Positions 30,363 through 45,932 of a stretch of 64,000 nt of DNA are shown here, piece after piece. Source of the stretch: Eledone cirrhosa (Eukaryota). The DNA is taken from positions 137,392,001 through 137,456,000 of the forward strand of contig OZ024741.1 in assembly GCA_964016885.1 (NCBI GenBank). Reading direction: 5' to 3'. The first letter of the stretch is position 1, and each line of letters opens with the position of its first letter. A program made the position numbers and the translations under genes. Below the pieces are notes generated by a model. That model saw only the letters and a program-made list of their open reading frames with translations, was not told the origin of the DNA and made no database searches.

Positions 30363-30406
30363 AAAAACTTTTGATGTATTGAAGGCTTCTTTGTTTTACT
30401 TTCATA

Positions 30407-30437
<31 letters not shown>

Positions 30438-30518
30438 TACACACACAGGCACACATATATATGTATATGTGTATGTGTATATAATATATATGTGTGTATA
30501 TAATATATATATATGTAT

Positions 30519-30569
<51 letters not shown>

Positions 30570-30571
<2 letters not shown>

Positions 30572-31725
30572 AAAACAATGAAATGAAATTTCATTTCTCA
30601 CTCTTAGTACGGCTGATACTTAAGAAAACAATGAAATGAAATTTCATTTCTCACTCTTAGTACGGCTGATACTTAAGTGTGTAAGTATGTATACGTACAT
30701 ACATATGTGTATACAGACGTACAGTAGTATGTATATGGTGGCTGCCAACTCGTTTTCGAGTACGGCCACTACTTTATATCGATGTAGGAGAACCCCTACT
30801 GATGCGCTGAACAAGTGTTACTTTTTAGTCCAGCCATCGACTTGAAAACTCTGGTACAAACACTACACTTGTGACAATTATTGACACATAGTGCTGGGCC
30901 CATGGTACCATGTGATGACAAGTGCAGAGAGATCTCCAGATATAAAACAATGCCTGTGCTGTGAAGCTTTTATAGTGAGCAAAGGCACTGCACAAAGCCA
31001 GTCCCACTCTCTTAACCAAGATGATATTTACCAAAAAGAAGAAAAAGTCAAAATCATTGGATACCATCAGGGTTGCAGGTGTTATATCAGAGTTTTCCTT
31101 CTCCTAGAATTCTGCCTTGACAAAGGCTAAGGGTACATTCACACATATATATATATATATATATGTACGTATGGGTTTACCGAACATTTATTATAATGTT
31201 CGGTTTGTTTGTAAGCAAACAGCCCGAATTAAGCCTTACAGTGTTCGGAAACCATCGTCGCCCTTTTCTTCAACACTGACAAAAGAATGATGAACTAGTT
31301 TCAAGCTTATTAGCTATCGTCAGCATCGTATACCTTCCTGTCAGATGATTGAACGTTTGAAAGTATATACTTTCCGTATGCATATTAACGGCTGAGCAGC
31401 CTAATTTGCATATTGAGTGAGTTAGTCAGCCGGACGTACCGAAAACGATAAATCGAAAAGAATGAAATGAAATTTCATTTCTCACTCTTAGTACGGCTGA
31501 TACTTAAATGTAAGAGTGTATACGTAGATACATATATGCATACAGACGTACAGTAGTATGCATATATATATGTACATACATTCACATATATATATATATA
31601 TATATGTACGTATGGGTTTACCGAACATTTATTATACGTACATATATATATATGTGTGCATGTATGTATATAAATACATACTACTGTACGTCTGTATACA
31701 TATATGTATGTAGGTATACATATTT
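30570..31725. repeat. Compound tandem and inverted duplication
   Basis: 53-bp unit at 30570, 30624 and ~31458; following blocks repeated at 31509-31635; inverted block at ~31660-31720. Confidence 0.75.
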
Positions 31726-31749
31726 ATATATATATATATATATATATAT

Positions 31750-31844
31750 AATGAAAAATTTGAACAGGGACAGAACAGAGAGGCAGTACAATAAATGTTT
31801 ATTAAATTCACGCTCAGGAGAGTGGGGGGTAGGTGGGGGACGAC
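31750..31844 (-). mobile_element. 3' fragment of the 2120-2920 family
   Basis: Reverse complement of 2823-2920. Confidence 0.85.
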
Positions 31845-32535
31845 TTGTGTGGAACCCCTAAATTTCTCTTTCTATTTTAGTTACTCTCGAAAGTATTTCT
31901 AGCTTAATGTATTTGGCCTAATACTGAAACACATAACAATGTAACTGCCTTGAAACATCCTACTTTTGCTATATACTGTTGTCTTCCACTTCGAATTTAC
32001 TGTTTCCAATTATAATTACTGACGGGAGATGTTTTAATATATTATTCTGTGTATCTAACTATCTACCTACTTGTCTATCAACTTACCTTACAATTTACCT
32101 TACCCCCCCCTTTCCTACCTACCTACCTACCTACCTACCTACCTACCTACCCTATGTGTCTATATATCATTTGGAGTTGGTTGCTTATGATAACGTCCTA
32201 TGGAAAACGTAAATGAAGACTCTGCCCCCACCCCATGACCCTTTCAGGAATAGGTGAGAGAAGAAGAAAATAAAGCATAGTATCAGTCAAGTACGAGAGT
32301 CGATGCAATACTGTTATCCATCGATCAAATTAACTGTTATTGTGCCTAAATTAGAAACCATAACCCCACCCCATACTACTTTTATTACATATAGTATACA
32401 ATTCTACTCTGGCATTTTCTTACTATCTATCTATGCTTCCATATAAATATCAACCTGTCTATCTACGAATCTACTTACCTACCTAACTATCTATATGCCA
32501 ATCTATATATTTACCCATCAATCTATCACTGCCTC

Positions 32536-32607
<72 letters not shown>

Positions 32608-32767
32608 AACGCCCACCTATCTATTGATTGATTGATTGATTGATAAATAACAATGTAGAAAGATCGATAGTTACGTAAATCAGGAAAATGATACATCTGC
32701 GAACAATTTATATACAGACGTACGTGCACATGCTCTCTCTCTCTCTCACTCACACACACATTAATCG

Positions 32768-32817
<50 letters not shown>

Positions 32818-32835
32818 TCACAAACACACACACTC

Positions 32836-32866
<31 letters not shown>

Positions 32867-33447
32867 ATGTATTATAATAACGAATCCAGCTCCGGTTTGT
32901 AATTACTGGCTCGGCAAACTGAATTGCTATTCTTCTAATTAAAGCGTTACACTAACGTGTTCCTGAGGGAGATTCAGCGAGAGACAAGGTTGACCATTTG
33001 ACTCACAGGTACAACTAAATTCTAAGAAAAAGTTTCTTGCTCAAGGATACAACGCCCCCGCACATATGATTGTGAGGTGAACAACAAGCCACAAGTATTT
33101 GTAAAGTTACATAGAATATTTATGGAAGGCCATATAAAACTACATATGTACCGTTATACCCATATTCGTTTATATCTTTGTATAGTACTGTAGTTCCCTA
33201 ATTTCGCAATGAACGACCCCAAAAGACCCTCTTTTATTTAAATACATTTTCTTAATGATATTATCTTCGCTACAGAATTATTCCTCCTTTAGATTACTAT
33301 ATGGCAAGAATTACAAGAATAAACAATTGAAAGAACGAGGCTTAAATTTAGACTCTATATATGTACGTATGTTTGTATGTATGTTGTGTGTGTGTATATA
33401 TATATATAAATATATATATATATAAATAGATATATATATATATATAC

Positions 33448-33522
<75 letters not shown>

Positions 33523-34446
33523 TATATATATAAATAAATGTATATAAATAAATAAATAAATAAATATATATATATATATATAGGGTAAGGGTAATACTAC
33601 TAATAATATAATATATATATATATAGGGTAATATATATATATATGTATATAATATATATATATATGTTATATATATATATATGTATAGGGTTATATATAT
33701 ATATATATATATACATTCACATTACTCAAGCAAATCACACACAAACACACGCAAATTGAAAAATACCAAATAAGCAAAAAAAAAAACCCAACAAAATATA
33801 ACAAACAAAAATAAAACGATACAATATGGATGTTCACAACAATGCAGGTGTAAATAGTATTGAATCTTTTGTATTACAGAATGTTGTCTCGTTGATATGA
33901 CGTCATGGTATTGTGGTAAATAGAAATGACGGTATAGGGCCGATAGTAGCATTGATATGATTACAGATTCTAGTGTGTCTTTAGAACAGCACGTATGTAA
34001 GTATTGTTGCAATAATACTTATATCTAGAGTGTAGTGCAGCAGACATACCACGTATTCTGTGCATTATAGGCTACAGCTAGCTTTTTATTTATTTATATT
34101 TAACCTTTAGTTTCTACAACCAGAATAATATAGAACATGTTCCTTTATGACAGATCTAAAATGGATTTCTTTCGTAGAGAATGTATGTATTCAACGAATT
34201 TCGATTAAAATATATAATGTTGATATAGATAGTGGTTTGCTCATACACGAAGATGCTATAAAATAAGCTGAAAACTTTTAAAGACAGAAAAGGTTGCCGT
34301 CTGCCGCTATAAGGAATCGAACCCCGTATCTCCCAGATAACCATTATATAAAATAAAAAAAATAAAAATAAAAATAAAATAATTACAGTAAGGGGAAAGC
34401 GTATAAGCGAACGTCTCCAAACCCCTGTCTAGTCAGCATATCATGG

Positions 34447-34521
<75 letters not shown>

Positions 34522-34734
34522 GCGCACACACATTTTCTGTCTTTCGCTCTTCGTCACTGCACATATATTTTCATACGCGAGCACAAAGACGTTTCGTATC
34601 GAAGGTCACGAAAATGACCGCTTAATAATATTGTAGCAATTGATAATATTAAGGTCAAGTCAAATTATTGCCTGATGAATACACAGGCAAAATTCCAGAG
34701 TAACAGAAGTCGAACTTCACGCTAATATTATTTT

Positions 34735-34904
34735 GTGGCATATAGTTACGTCCCTTTACGTTCTGAGTTCAAATACCGTCGAGGTTATGTTTGCCTTTCA
34801 TCCTTATGGGGGTCGATAAAATAAAATACCAGTCACGCATTGAGGTCGATTTAATCGTCTTTTCTCTCCCCCAAAACTGTTGGTCTTGTACCTAAATCGG
34901 AAAC

Positions 34905-34910
<6 letters not shown>
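34735..34910 (+). mobile_element. S1 SINE, 5'-degenerate
   Basis: B-box, central domain and tail. Confidence 0.75.
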
Positions 34911-34940
<30 letters not shown>

Positions 34941-35084
34941 AAAGACAGTTGCTCAAAATGACATCCTCCGTATGTATATATGTATTTTGAGCAACTGTCT
35001 TTACCCTGGTCTTGAGTCGCGAGACTATATATATATATATATATATATATTTAAAAAAATAGAGGTGTAACACACGAGTTGTGA

Positions 35085-36014
35085 TATATTAGTAAAAGCA
35101 AAATAAAATGCTGAAAAATAGTTTAATTAGTAATAAGTATTGGTTAGTATTCAGTTTTAGTTTTAAGTTTTTACCGGTTGCGCATTTCTAATGCTTTTCA
35201 AAAATAATTTTGAGATCGAGCGCTCGTGATGTTTGCTCTAATCTGATCAGTTTTGGAAATTCTTCCTGTTTTATGTGAAAAAAGTAGCCTCAAGCCTCTT
35301 ACGATATAAATACACAAAAGCAAGTTATTATGCTGTATCCTTTTTGTTTTCCGCCTCAGAAACGTTTACTAATCATCATCTCTAACTGAGAGGCAAATTT
35401 CAATTCAAGAAAAATCTTGTGTTCGCCATATGTTCGCCTTATGGCGAACACAAGATTTTTCTTGAATTGAAATTTGCCTCTGTTAGAGATGATGATTAGT
35501 AAACGTTTCTGGGCAGAAAACAAAAAAGATACAGCATAATAACTTGCTTTTGTGTATTTATATCGTAAGAGGCTTGATAGAGTTGACTTCTCAATCAGGC
35601 GAAAAAGGACACTCTTCGACAAACCTACATTTGGCGCAAAATCAATTTTTAACATTCACGTGACCTCTACCGACCAATCCAAATTGTTTTGACTACAAGA
35701 ATTTTTGCAACACGAATTGGCGCGAAATTTATAGTACTCATTCACGTGACATTCAACAACCAACCAAATCTTAATACCTCTGGAGCCACTTTTTTCACAT
35801 AAAATAGGAAGAATTTCCAAAACTGATCAGATTAGAGCAAACATCACGAGCGCTCTATCTCAAAATTATTTTTGAAAAGCATTAGAAATGCGCAACCGGT
35901 AAAAACTTAAAACTAAAACTGAATACTAACCAATACTTATTACTAATTTATACTTATTCCTAATTAAACTATTTTTCACTGGGAAAAATTTGTCAGCATT
36001 TTCTTTTCCTTTTA

Positions 36015-36021
<7 letters not shown>
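35085..36021. repeat. Nested double inverted repeat
   Basis: Outer arms 35085-35286 / 35787-36021; inner arms 35290-35430 / 35440-35577. Confidence 0.9.
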
Positions 36022-36085
<64 letters not shown>

Positions 36086-37489
36086 TATTATATATATACT
36101 GTATTTGATACATACAAACACACACACATACATACACACGCACACACACACTCACACACGCAGGCACACACAGACATACACAGACACACTCAGACACACA
36201 CACATATTATATAACCTAAACTGGAGACTAAGTTATAGACAGTAGCTGAAAATGACATGCAGTCGGATCAAAAGGAGGAAAAGCAAAGTTGAACTCGGTG
36301 TAATTTGAAATCAGAGCGCAAAGAGCGAGAACATCTATCTATGGTCTAAAGACTCTGTTAATTCGCCGCCATTGAGAACGTGACTTTATTAATAATGTAA
36401 TTGACTTCGTTGCATTTTCGTTTTTTTAATTGCTATCATTCAGTTTCTAATTCCATTGAAAGGGAACGCTGACATAGTTTTAATAGGCCAATACGAATAT
36501 GTCAGTCTCCCTTTATGTATGATACAGTGGTATGATTCGCCTCTTTTCCTAATATCTCTAATGGTTTCTGATTATTTTAATGATTCCTACTATCCAAGCT
36601 GTTTGATACCATTCAGCTTTTTTTTCGGTTTGCATCTGGCAACATAACCCGTAGAAATTTATTGATTTCTTATCGATTTTATTCTAGATTATTTCGTTAT
36701 TCAATTTTCTGAAACCGCAAATCCTAGAGGGAACTACCGGCTGCATATTTTTGTCATTTTTGTTTGTTTCTATTGTTTTCTCATTTTTTTTGCTTGCTGT
36801 TCCTCTTCGTATTACACTCATCAAAACTATGTTTACAGATAGTGTTATTTTGAATGCGTTATATCGGTTTACAAATATCTATGCTTTGTGTGTAGTATCT
36901 ATGTTTACAGTATATCAATGTCTTCTATCTGTTTTATCTAAATTACATATAATTGTTATTTTAACCGTGATATATATATGTTTAAAGAATTGGTGCATAC
37001 GAACCATTCTCTTCACTCAGTGTAGCTTGCAAGATATACACATTATATGAGACAGACTCTATTTAAGTAGTTCCTTTCAACAGGCTGCATATTCAGTGAA
37101 ATATCTGTATTTATATTGTACCAATATTTACACATCAGAAATTTCTTTTGATTGGACACACGCATCTATTTTGGAAGTGAGCTTTAGTTAATAGAGTCCC
37201 CTTAGTTCATTAGCGCTACGTGCCAACGAAGTAACCTTTATTCACAAAGTGGGCGTTATCACCACTAAGGCGCGCTGGAAAAATCAAGAGAAGCACTAAA
37301 ACGCAGGGGGCAGTGGGTAGCTGGTTGTTGGAAGGCAAGGAGTGATGAAGGAAGAAAATTGGAAAACTATACAAATTAGTAGCTGCTCGTAAAACTGCCA
37401 CATTTTGCTATTTAATAAATACTTAAATACAGCTAATTTCAATTTATAATTTTTGGTCAACGTTACAGTGGGGCGGATGCAGTGAATGA

Positions 37490-37765
37490 AGAGGCGTCAC
37501 ATAGTGATTATGGCATTTAGCTCACGATAGAAAGGTCGTTAATTCGATTCTCCTGTTGTGTTCTTGAAAGAAAAAAAAAATTTCGCCTATTACATTGTAC
37601 GCGTAAAATCAAAGCGCCAGCCTTGTAATACACTGTATCATACAGTATCTCTCCCGGGGACTACGTTAAGAGCTCGCATGTCTGTGGAATGCTCAACTAC
37701 GTGCTCATTAATTTCTAGAGTAGGCTGTTCCTTTCTAGAAACAGCTGGAATATTCATCGACCAAC
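37490..37765 (+). mobile_element. Degenerate tRNA-derived SINE (S2-like)
   Basis: TTCGATTC B-box remnant; body similar to 55040-55210. Confidence 0.45.
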
Positions 37766-38189
37766 AACACTACCTTTGTGTATAAACAAATATAAATATG
37801 AGTGTATTGGGGAAAGGGACGACGAAACATTTCAGAAGTGTATTGTATCTATTATTGAACAAGAGTATACTATGATTATAGTATTCAAAAATGGGTTAAA
37901 ATAATAAACAGGACGCACGAAATGAAAGTGGTCTAGTATGTGGATATATTCCGCTCCTCTGCGTTATGTTGGTACAGGGAAGATTCGATCGGCGTCCAGG
38001 TTGAAATGCTTTTGATGTCATTCAATTTGCGTTGACATACTGGAGGACAGTAAGGCCATCGTCATACCAAACGGCCAGTAGGCAGGTCACATTGGGTCCT
38101 GAAATTATGAGCGCTTTCGTTCTATCCCATTGCGCTACTATAGCAACGGTGAAATCTAAATTAAGAAAAATGAAACAAAACAGCTGTTT

Positions 38190-38286
38190 ATCGGTTTACC
38201 TTTGCCTTTCATCCTTACGGGGTCGATAAAATAAAGTACCAGTACTGGGTAATTGCTGGCCTTGTGCCAATAGTAGAAACAATTAC
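38190..38286 (+). mobile_element. S1 SINE 3' half
   Basis: Central domain and tail. Confidence 0.8.
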
Positions 38287-39213
38287 CTGATATTTAAGTA
38301 TGGTGTTGGTGAAGTGCGTTGCTCCAAAGAATAGACTTTATCCAGTATTACACACTAGAAATTAAATTTGTCTCGTTATTGTTTAGAGCTTTTTGTCCAG
38401 TCATAATATTAATTAAATTTCTTAATCTGTTCCGAACTTTGTTTTATAAATGTGCAGGTTTTGTTATTAGAGGAAAAAATAAATAATTTATTGAATAAAA
38501 AAATCCCCAAACAAAAACAAACTAAAACCAGTAATAAAAACTGAAAGGAAAAGATGAACAAAATAGTAAAACATGCTGTTAGGAGAAGCCTTAACTTTAG
38601 TAGCTTCTTTTAATTAATGTTATCATCCAGATGTCAATATTCTTCCTTCGTATACGGATAACGTTCTGACAATAATCAATATATAATAGAGATATTAGGA
38701 AAATAACTTGATTAACACTAATAATTAGAAAATATAGTGTATAACTTTTGTTTACATGACGTTCCATGAGCAGCGCCTGAAAAAGATTTGTTTGAAAAAC
38801 GTTTGCAGGTGATTAGAATTATATTGTTTAACATTTAACACTTAACGTCCTGTGCCGCATGAAGTCGCATTAGAAAGACATTCTTGAAAAGTATAAATCA
38901 ATTTTCTGGTTACATCCCATTAAAGCCTTTAATAATGTAAATTTCCACAATATATACCCTAATAAAGATATAAGTATTTGAATGTCCAAACCCATTTTTA
39001 GATATATTTTGCTAAATCATAGCAGGATATTAAGATACAAACAATAATGCATACACAACAATTTTTTTGCATAATTTCCTGTGTCACGTTTATTCTAATA
39101 TTGCAGATTTTCATAATCTATCCACTAATATAAATACTATAAATATTTAAATTAACAAAGCCGTTTTTAGATATTTCTGTTTAAATTATTACAAGATGAT
39201 GTTAAGAAATAAT

Positions 39214-39405
39214 TGTTTCTACTTTTTGGCACAAGGCCAGCAATTACACCAGTGCATTACTGGTACTTTATTTTATCGACCCCGTAAGGATGAAAGGCAA
39301 AGTTAACCTAGGCGGGATTTGAACTCAGAATGGCAAGGGCCGTAACTCTATGCGTCAAAGCATGGCGTCCGACCCTCTACCGATACTGCCAATCCACCGC
39401 CCTTG
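39214..39405 (-). mobile_element. S1 SINE with 16-bp TSD
   Basis: TSD GATGTTAAGAAATAAT at 39198-39213 and 39406-39421. Confidence 0.9.
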
Positions 39406-39967
39406 GATGTTAAGAAATAATAAACATAGATTAAGTGTGTAGCAAGCACCAATGAACTCGCCAAAGGACAGTTTAGAAGAGGCTGGCTTCAATTCCTGGT
39501 TGAAACCAATACTCTTATGACGTTAAAGAAAGTATTGTTTCAAATGGACGAACCAATTAGGTGAATATAGACCAGAATTCAATCATTTCGACTAACGATC
39601 ACCACCTTTTAGAGAAGGTATTTGAACAGCCTTTTCTATTGTAAATTTAATGAGATGATAATAGCTGAAAATTAAATTTTAATGATTTATTGAATAAATA
39701 AAGATGACAGTTTATACGAGCAACTAAAAGTTGTATTTTTTACCCGTTCCCTCACTCATCAATCCTAGCTTTGCAAAGACATTCTATTTCCCCCATGAAT
39801 TCAATACTTCTGATTTCCGACATCACAACGATGACTGTAGTGCCCAATTGGGGAATCATATTTGTAGGAATTTGGACTGTTTTGTTTTAGGTGCCGTGTA
39901 ATTGTTGAACCCTAGACGGAGTTTGACAGTTCCTATGTGTAATTTCAAATAAAACACCCCATGCAAT

Positions 39968-40121
<154 letters not shown>

Positions 40122-41772
40122 CATATATACATATATACATATATACTTATATACTTATATATACATATATACATAGACACATATATAGTTATATATACAA
40201 ACACATACACACACACACATATATATATATATATGTATGCACATTATTCTGTGTATCTCTACTATCTATCTATATGCACACATATATATGTATGCACACA
40301 TATATATGTACATATATATATACTGTATATCTATCGTATGTGCTTGATCAATCACTTCGTTGTCCAAACATTACCCAGTCGATGCTCTTATGTGATCATC
40401 AAACAGAAAAGGTTAACGAGATTTCGACGTGATTATAATTGATAATCTTTCATAATACGGTAAGTTACATACAACTTTACAGAAGCTTCCGGATAATATA
40501 ATTAACCATATGATGTAGTGATTATTATTGGCTTAGAAACAAAGTTCCCGCACAACCTTTTATATATACCTTTATTGATTCATTTATTTGTTGATTTATA
40601 TATTTCTTTATATAAAAGTCGATGAAATATCTTTTAATTGATTATTGATTATTTTCATCATTTCAGAGCTTCTTATAAGTCCCCAAAATGGTCCAGCAAT
40701 TGACCCTCTCACGTGAATAACAACGCACATTGTAGCTTTAAGATTACAAGTTCGGCCTAAAAGCTGGCCAATCGCAACATCGTATTAACCAAGCATTTAA
40801 AGAAGACACAATTGGTTGTTATGCGGCCTACGATTGGTTAAAGAAGCTCCAGCGTGGCCGATTTGATCTAAAAAATCAGCTAAGACCCTCACGCATTGAC
40901 AATTAGCATTTCTGCGCCTGTGTCGTCGAAGGAAAATAAGATAAAGGGCCATTAAATCTTGGTTGAATCTTAGGAACGCCTTCATGAAACACATGTCTTG
41001 AGCATTTTAAACTTGGTGGAACCTCTTCCTTCTCCAGATCGGAGCACAGCCAAATTCCTCCAGAGTGAGAGAGAATCGTCCCCAATCCTAAATACTATAT
41101 TTATTGACTTCGAAAGGAAGAAAGGAAAAGTTGACCTCGGTGGGATTTGAAATCAGAGTGCATTGAGCCGGAACAATTTCCAAAGCGTTTCAATCCGATA
41201 TTGCAACGATTCTGCCAATGTGCTCAGACATGGAGAGGAATGTGCTCTGCCAAGCTTAACCTAAAACATGCCGCATGTCACTACAGCGCTCCTACGTCAC
41301 TATCAGAAGTTCAACGCTCATGACTGGAGAGAAAGATTATATCAAGAATTTACGAGAAGAGATCTTTCACAGATTATGCATGTGTGGAGTAAATCAAATA
41401 GAAATACAGCAAGAATATATCTGTGTCAAACTCCACAATCTTATATTCAAATGTAAAATTATTTCATAGTTGCAATGTTTTCAAATCTCTGCAATAAACT
41501 GAATACAAAAGCATTTCTGTTGTTTGTTTTTGTTAATCTTAGTGTTAGTTTGTTGTTGTTATTGTTGATAATTCTCCCCTCCTTCCCCGTCACAAAGATG
41601 ATGTACGTAGTAAAACTAGAAAGTCAACTCATGCTTAACTGATTTTTATTGACACAGTTCTCTGCAGGGAAAAAAGGTAAACGCACACGTATGTATAATT
41701 TATATATGCACTTTATAGCTTTTATAATATTAACAATAATATTATTTTATGGTTTGTACATGAAGACGATGT

Positions 41773-41837
<65 letters not shown>

Positions 41838-41935
41838 TTATTTTGAAAAAAATATATAGTTAGGTATTAACGCACACACACACGCACACACATACACACA
41901 CACATATATACATACATACATATATACATACATAC

Positions 41936-41982
<47 letters not shown>

Positions 41983-42028
41983 TACATATGTGTGTATACA
42001 TAAATACACAGGCACACATTATATACAT

Positions 42029-42059
<31 letters not shown>

Positions 42060-42595
42060 CATATGTGTATGTGTGTATACACAAGCACACACATGCATGT
42101 AGAAGTGTATTTTCGTTTGTTTTCATTGATTGTTCGTTCGATCGCTCATGTGATTATTCCTTATTGCCAGGTTGATTCTGTTCTGCATATAATAAAAATA
42201 ACATCGAGAAAAACCACAACAAAATCAACCTGCAACAACAGCAACGAAAATAAATCAAAAACCGAGAAGAGCATTTATTATAAGTGTTATTGCAGAGCCC
42301 CAAAGGCTGATATATTATTTGTTGCCATAGCAACAGTTCATATACTCATTAGGTCAAACTTTTAGCTTTCTTTAGTCCACATAAAGAAACAGTTACCATG
42401 GGAATTTACTTGTGAAAAGAAAGCAGATACAAGAAAGGAAGAAATGAAATATTCACATAAAAATAAACTGGAGATTGCTAGAATGAAGGAAAGAAGAGAT
42501 AATTTGAGGAAATAAGCATACTCTACTAGTAGAATTATAGTAGGATATTATGGCATAAAAAGACACAAAAGACACATCAACAGCTGCGTCGATTG

Positions 42596-42717
<122 letters not shown>

Positions 42718-43333
42718 GTTAGTTATGTATATATACACACATACACACACACACACACACACATACACACACACATATATATATATATTTCCATTTCCTC
42801 CATGTGTAAACCTAATGTAACTTTGTATTTTTGCATCCCTGTGTTTTGTTGCATTTATCTACTATATATATGTATATATATATATATATATATACACATA
42901 CAAATACACACAGACACACACATACACACATATATATACAGATGTAAGCACACATGCACACACATACACACGGGCATCATGCCTACGTATGTTTCTTCAA
43001 TGAGTATGTTTGCTATTATAACGAAGCCCTTCGTAGGAATGGTTTCAATACTAAAATTAATTTCATCCCAGATACGCGCGAAGTCCACACACACACATAT
43101 ATATATATATGGTTGAGAAAGTTCTTTAAACCTGATATAGCCACTACATCATGGAACCCGTACAAATAATAAAAATAAACACCCAATACACATCTCTACA
43201 ATAGGAGATGAAAACAATTAAGACTAATGATATCAATTAAGGCTCAATATATCTACCTACCTGAAATCCAAGCGCATCGCAAAACCAGTGGTACCACCCT
43301 ACCGAAACGAACTCGTTCCAGAATATATCTATA

Positions 43334-43474
43334 TATTTCTGGTATAACGCTCCATACAGCACCCAGATTCAAACTAAAATTGCAAATGAATTCTATAAAA
43401 TAATAGATAAAGTCTTCCCACCATCCCATAAATACTGCGCAAACGTTAATATTCGAACTATCGAACTGTATTAT
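43334..43474 (+). pseudogene. PLE RT-endonuclease linker fragment
   Basis: Manual translation YFWYNAPYSTQIQTKIANEFYKIIDKVFPPSHKY..NIRTIELYY matches the recalled PLE WFNPPFS..TNIG..F..LIDKHFP..H motif. Confidence 0.65.
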
Positions 43475-44546
43475 TTCACCACCATGATATTATGCATACA
43501 TACCTACTATATATTTGAGAGTGTATGTGTGCATGCATGTTTGTTTGTATATGTGTATGTCTTCGAAAGGCTCCAACGATTTTAGAAATTTGCATCACAA
43601 GGAGAAGGTTTTGTGCACATGGATATAGATATATAATTATATGTGTTCAAATGTTCAAATCTTGATTACAAGGGACTATTGTAAGTTTTTAACTCAATAT
43701 GCACTTTTGATATATATATATATATATATATAATATATATGAGAGAGAGAGAGAGAGAGGGAGAGAGGGAGAGAGAGAGGGAGAAAGGGAAGAGAGAGGA
43801 AGAGAGAGAGAATGAGGGAGAGTGAGTGTGCGAAAATAGACACATAGTATGTAAGACAGAAGATAGATGACGGAAATAGATGTGGGAAAATATGCATATT
43901 ATATGGCGAGTAATGTGTAATGATATTAAAATATATAAGACATAAACAGCTGTGTGGTCTTGCACTAAGCCTATATAGATTAGAGAGCTGTAATGGCGGT
44001 CGGCATATTTTCGGAAAATATTGCGCATACTGCTAAAACGTGGGTGAAATTATTATAAATAGTAAGAATACTTTGTTTCTTGTTACAACAGAGCATATAG
44101 GATTAGGGTGGTATCTATGTATTTATCTATCTCTGTATCTATTTAAATACGCATACACATATACTCCCCCTCACAAAGACACATACATACATGGACATTC
44201 ACTGATGCACGCACACACACACATATATATTACCGAGAAGAAGCGTCTGATATCATACAAACATCCAATTGTAGCTAAAATATTTTAAATGATTCTATTT
44301 GTCATGGCCGTAGATTAGGAATATAAGAAGTCTCACATTTCAGTGTGATAATTGCAGAGGAATATAAAGCCATTCAACTTCGTTAGACATGAGAATGGCA
44401 ATATCAATAAGAATAAAAAGAATATAAAGGAAAAAATTGAATATCTGGAATGGTGAATATCAAATTTAGCTAAGAACATTTATAGAATGTGTTACACGCA
44501 CGCACACACACACACACACACATTTATATATACATACATATATATG

Positions 44547-44614
<68 letters not shown>

Positions 44615-44652
44615 ATATTAACAAATGGAAACTATATTTATAAAACCATATA

Positions 44653-44717
44653 TATTTCATTATACATATTTCAAGGACACCAAAGCAAATTATGGTGCGC
44701 TTTCATCAGATAAAATA
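44653..44717 (-). ncRNA. Type I hammerhead ribozyme, family Y (in fragment 44610-44740)
   Basis: Reverse complement of 46324-46388. Confidence 0.75.
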
Positions 44718-44737
44718 TAATGTAGATCAGTTTTATA

Positions 44738-44831
<94 letters not shown>

Positions 44832-44851
44832 ATATATATGTTATATATATG

Positions 44852-44901
<50 letters not shown>

Positions 44902-44905
<4 letters not shown>

Positions 44906-45105
44906 CGAAGGAAATGTGGTAAGGAACCAGGTGGACCATAACGCACCAAAGTACTCAGTACTTAGGGTAGTAGAGTGGGTAATAGGAACGAGTAGGCCCC
45001 CGACGGCTGAGCTCAAGCCATTTCGACGGCTAATTCTGGACTCAGATTTAGTCCAGAATTAGCCGTCGAAACGGCTTGAACTCAGCCGTCGGGGTTTTAC
45101 TCGTT

Positions 45106-45110
<5 letters not shown>
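44902..45110. mobile_element. Family X fold-back in (TA)n
   Basis: Arms ~44981-45042 / 45050-45110; contains the HHR 3' half GAAACGGCT..AGCCGTC-GGGG. Confidence 0.85.
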
Positions 45111-45147
<37 letters not shown>

Positions 45148-45175
45148 ATCAAAAGATAGTTAAAAGAGTTCCATG

Positions 45176-45246
45176 TATTTTATTATGCGCATTTCAAAAA
45201 CAAATATCATCATGCAATAATATTTGTGTTTTCATCAGATAAAATA
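45176..45246 (-). ncRNA. Type I hammerhead ribozyme (Y-related)
   Basis: Stem I TATTTTAT/ATAAAATA; CTGATGA; stem II ACAAATAT/ATATTTGT; GAA; palindromic stem III ATGCGCAT; AUA. Confidence 0.8.
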
Positions 45247-45413
45247 GGAAGACATGATATGAAGGTTAAAAAACACTTGTGAATAGTGCAGTTTTAAATC
45301 AACATATCATATTTTGATCTTATATACTATGTATACTCCAGTCCTACAAACTGTAGAGTGGTTCTTATCCGATATCTGCATTGCTTTATTGTACTACAAT
45401 AAAACTCACCTCC

Positions 45414-45449
<36 letters not shown>

Positions 45450-45455
45450 TAAGTG

Positions 45456-45505
<50 letters not shown>

Positions 45506-45932
45506 CATATACATGTATATATATACATATGCATGCATTATATATATATATATCCATAAATATAACATTAGAGAAATATTATCCAAAGATATTTATCAAA
45601 TTAACACATATATTTTCTACATTTCTTATCGCCATTTATAATCCTATTCTTTATATTTCTACGCAAACACATACACACGCCCATACACACATACATTCAT
45701 ACATACATACATAACTGTTGTTACACATAACTAATATATGTATATATGTATATATAGCTCCCTCTCTTTCTCTCTCTCTATCTCTCTCTCTCTCTCTATA
45801 TATATATGTGTATATATATATATGTACGTATGTATGTATATATGTATGTATGTATGTATGTATATACACATATATATATATATATATACATATATATATA
45901 CAATATATTAATAAATGGAAACTATATTTATA

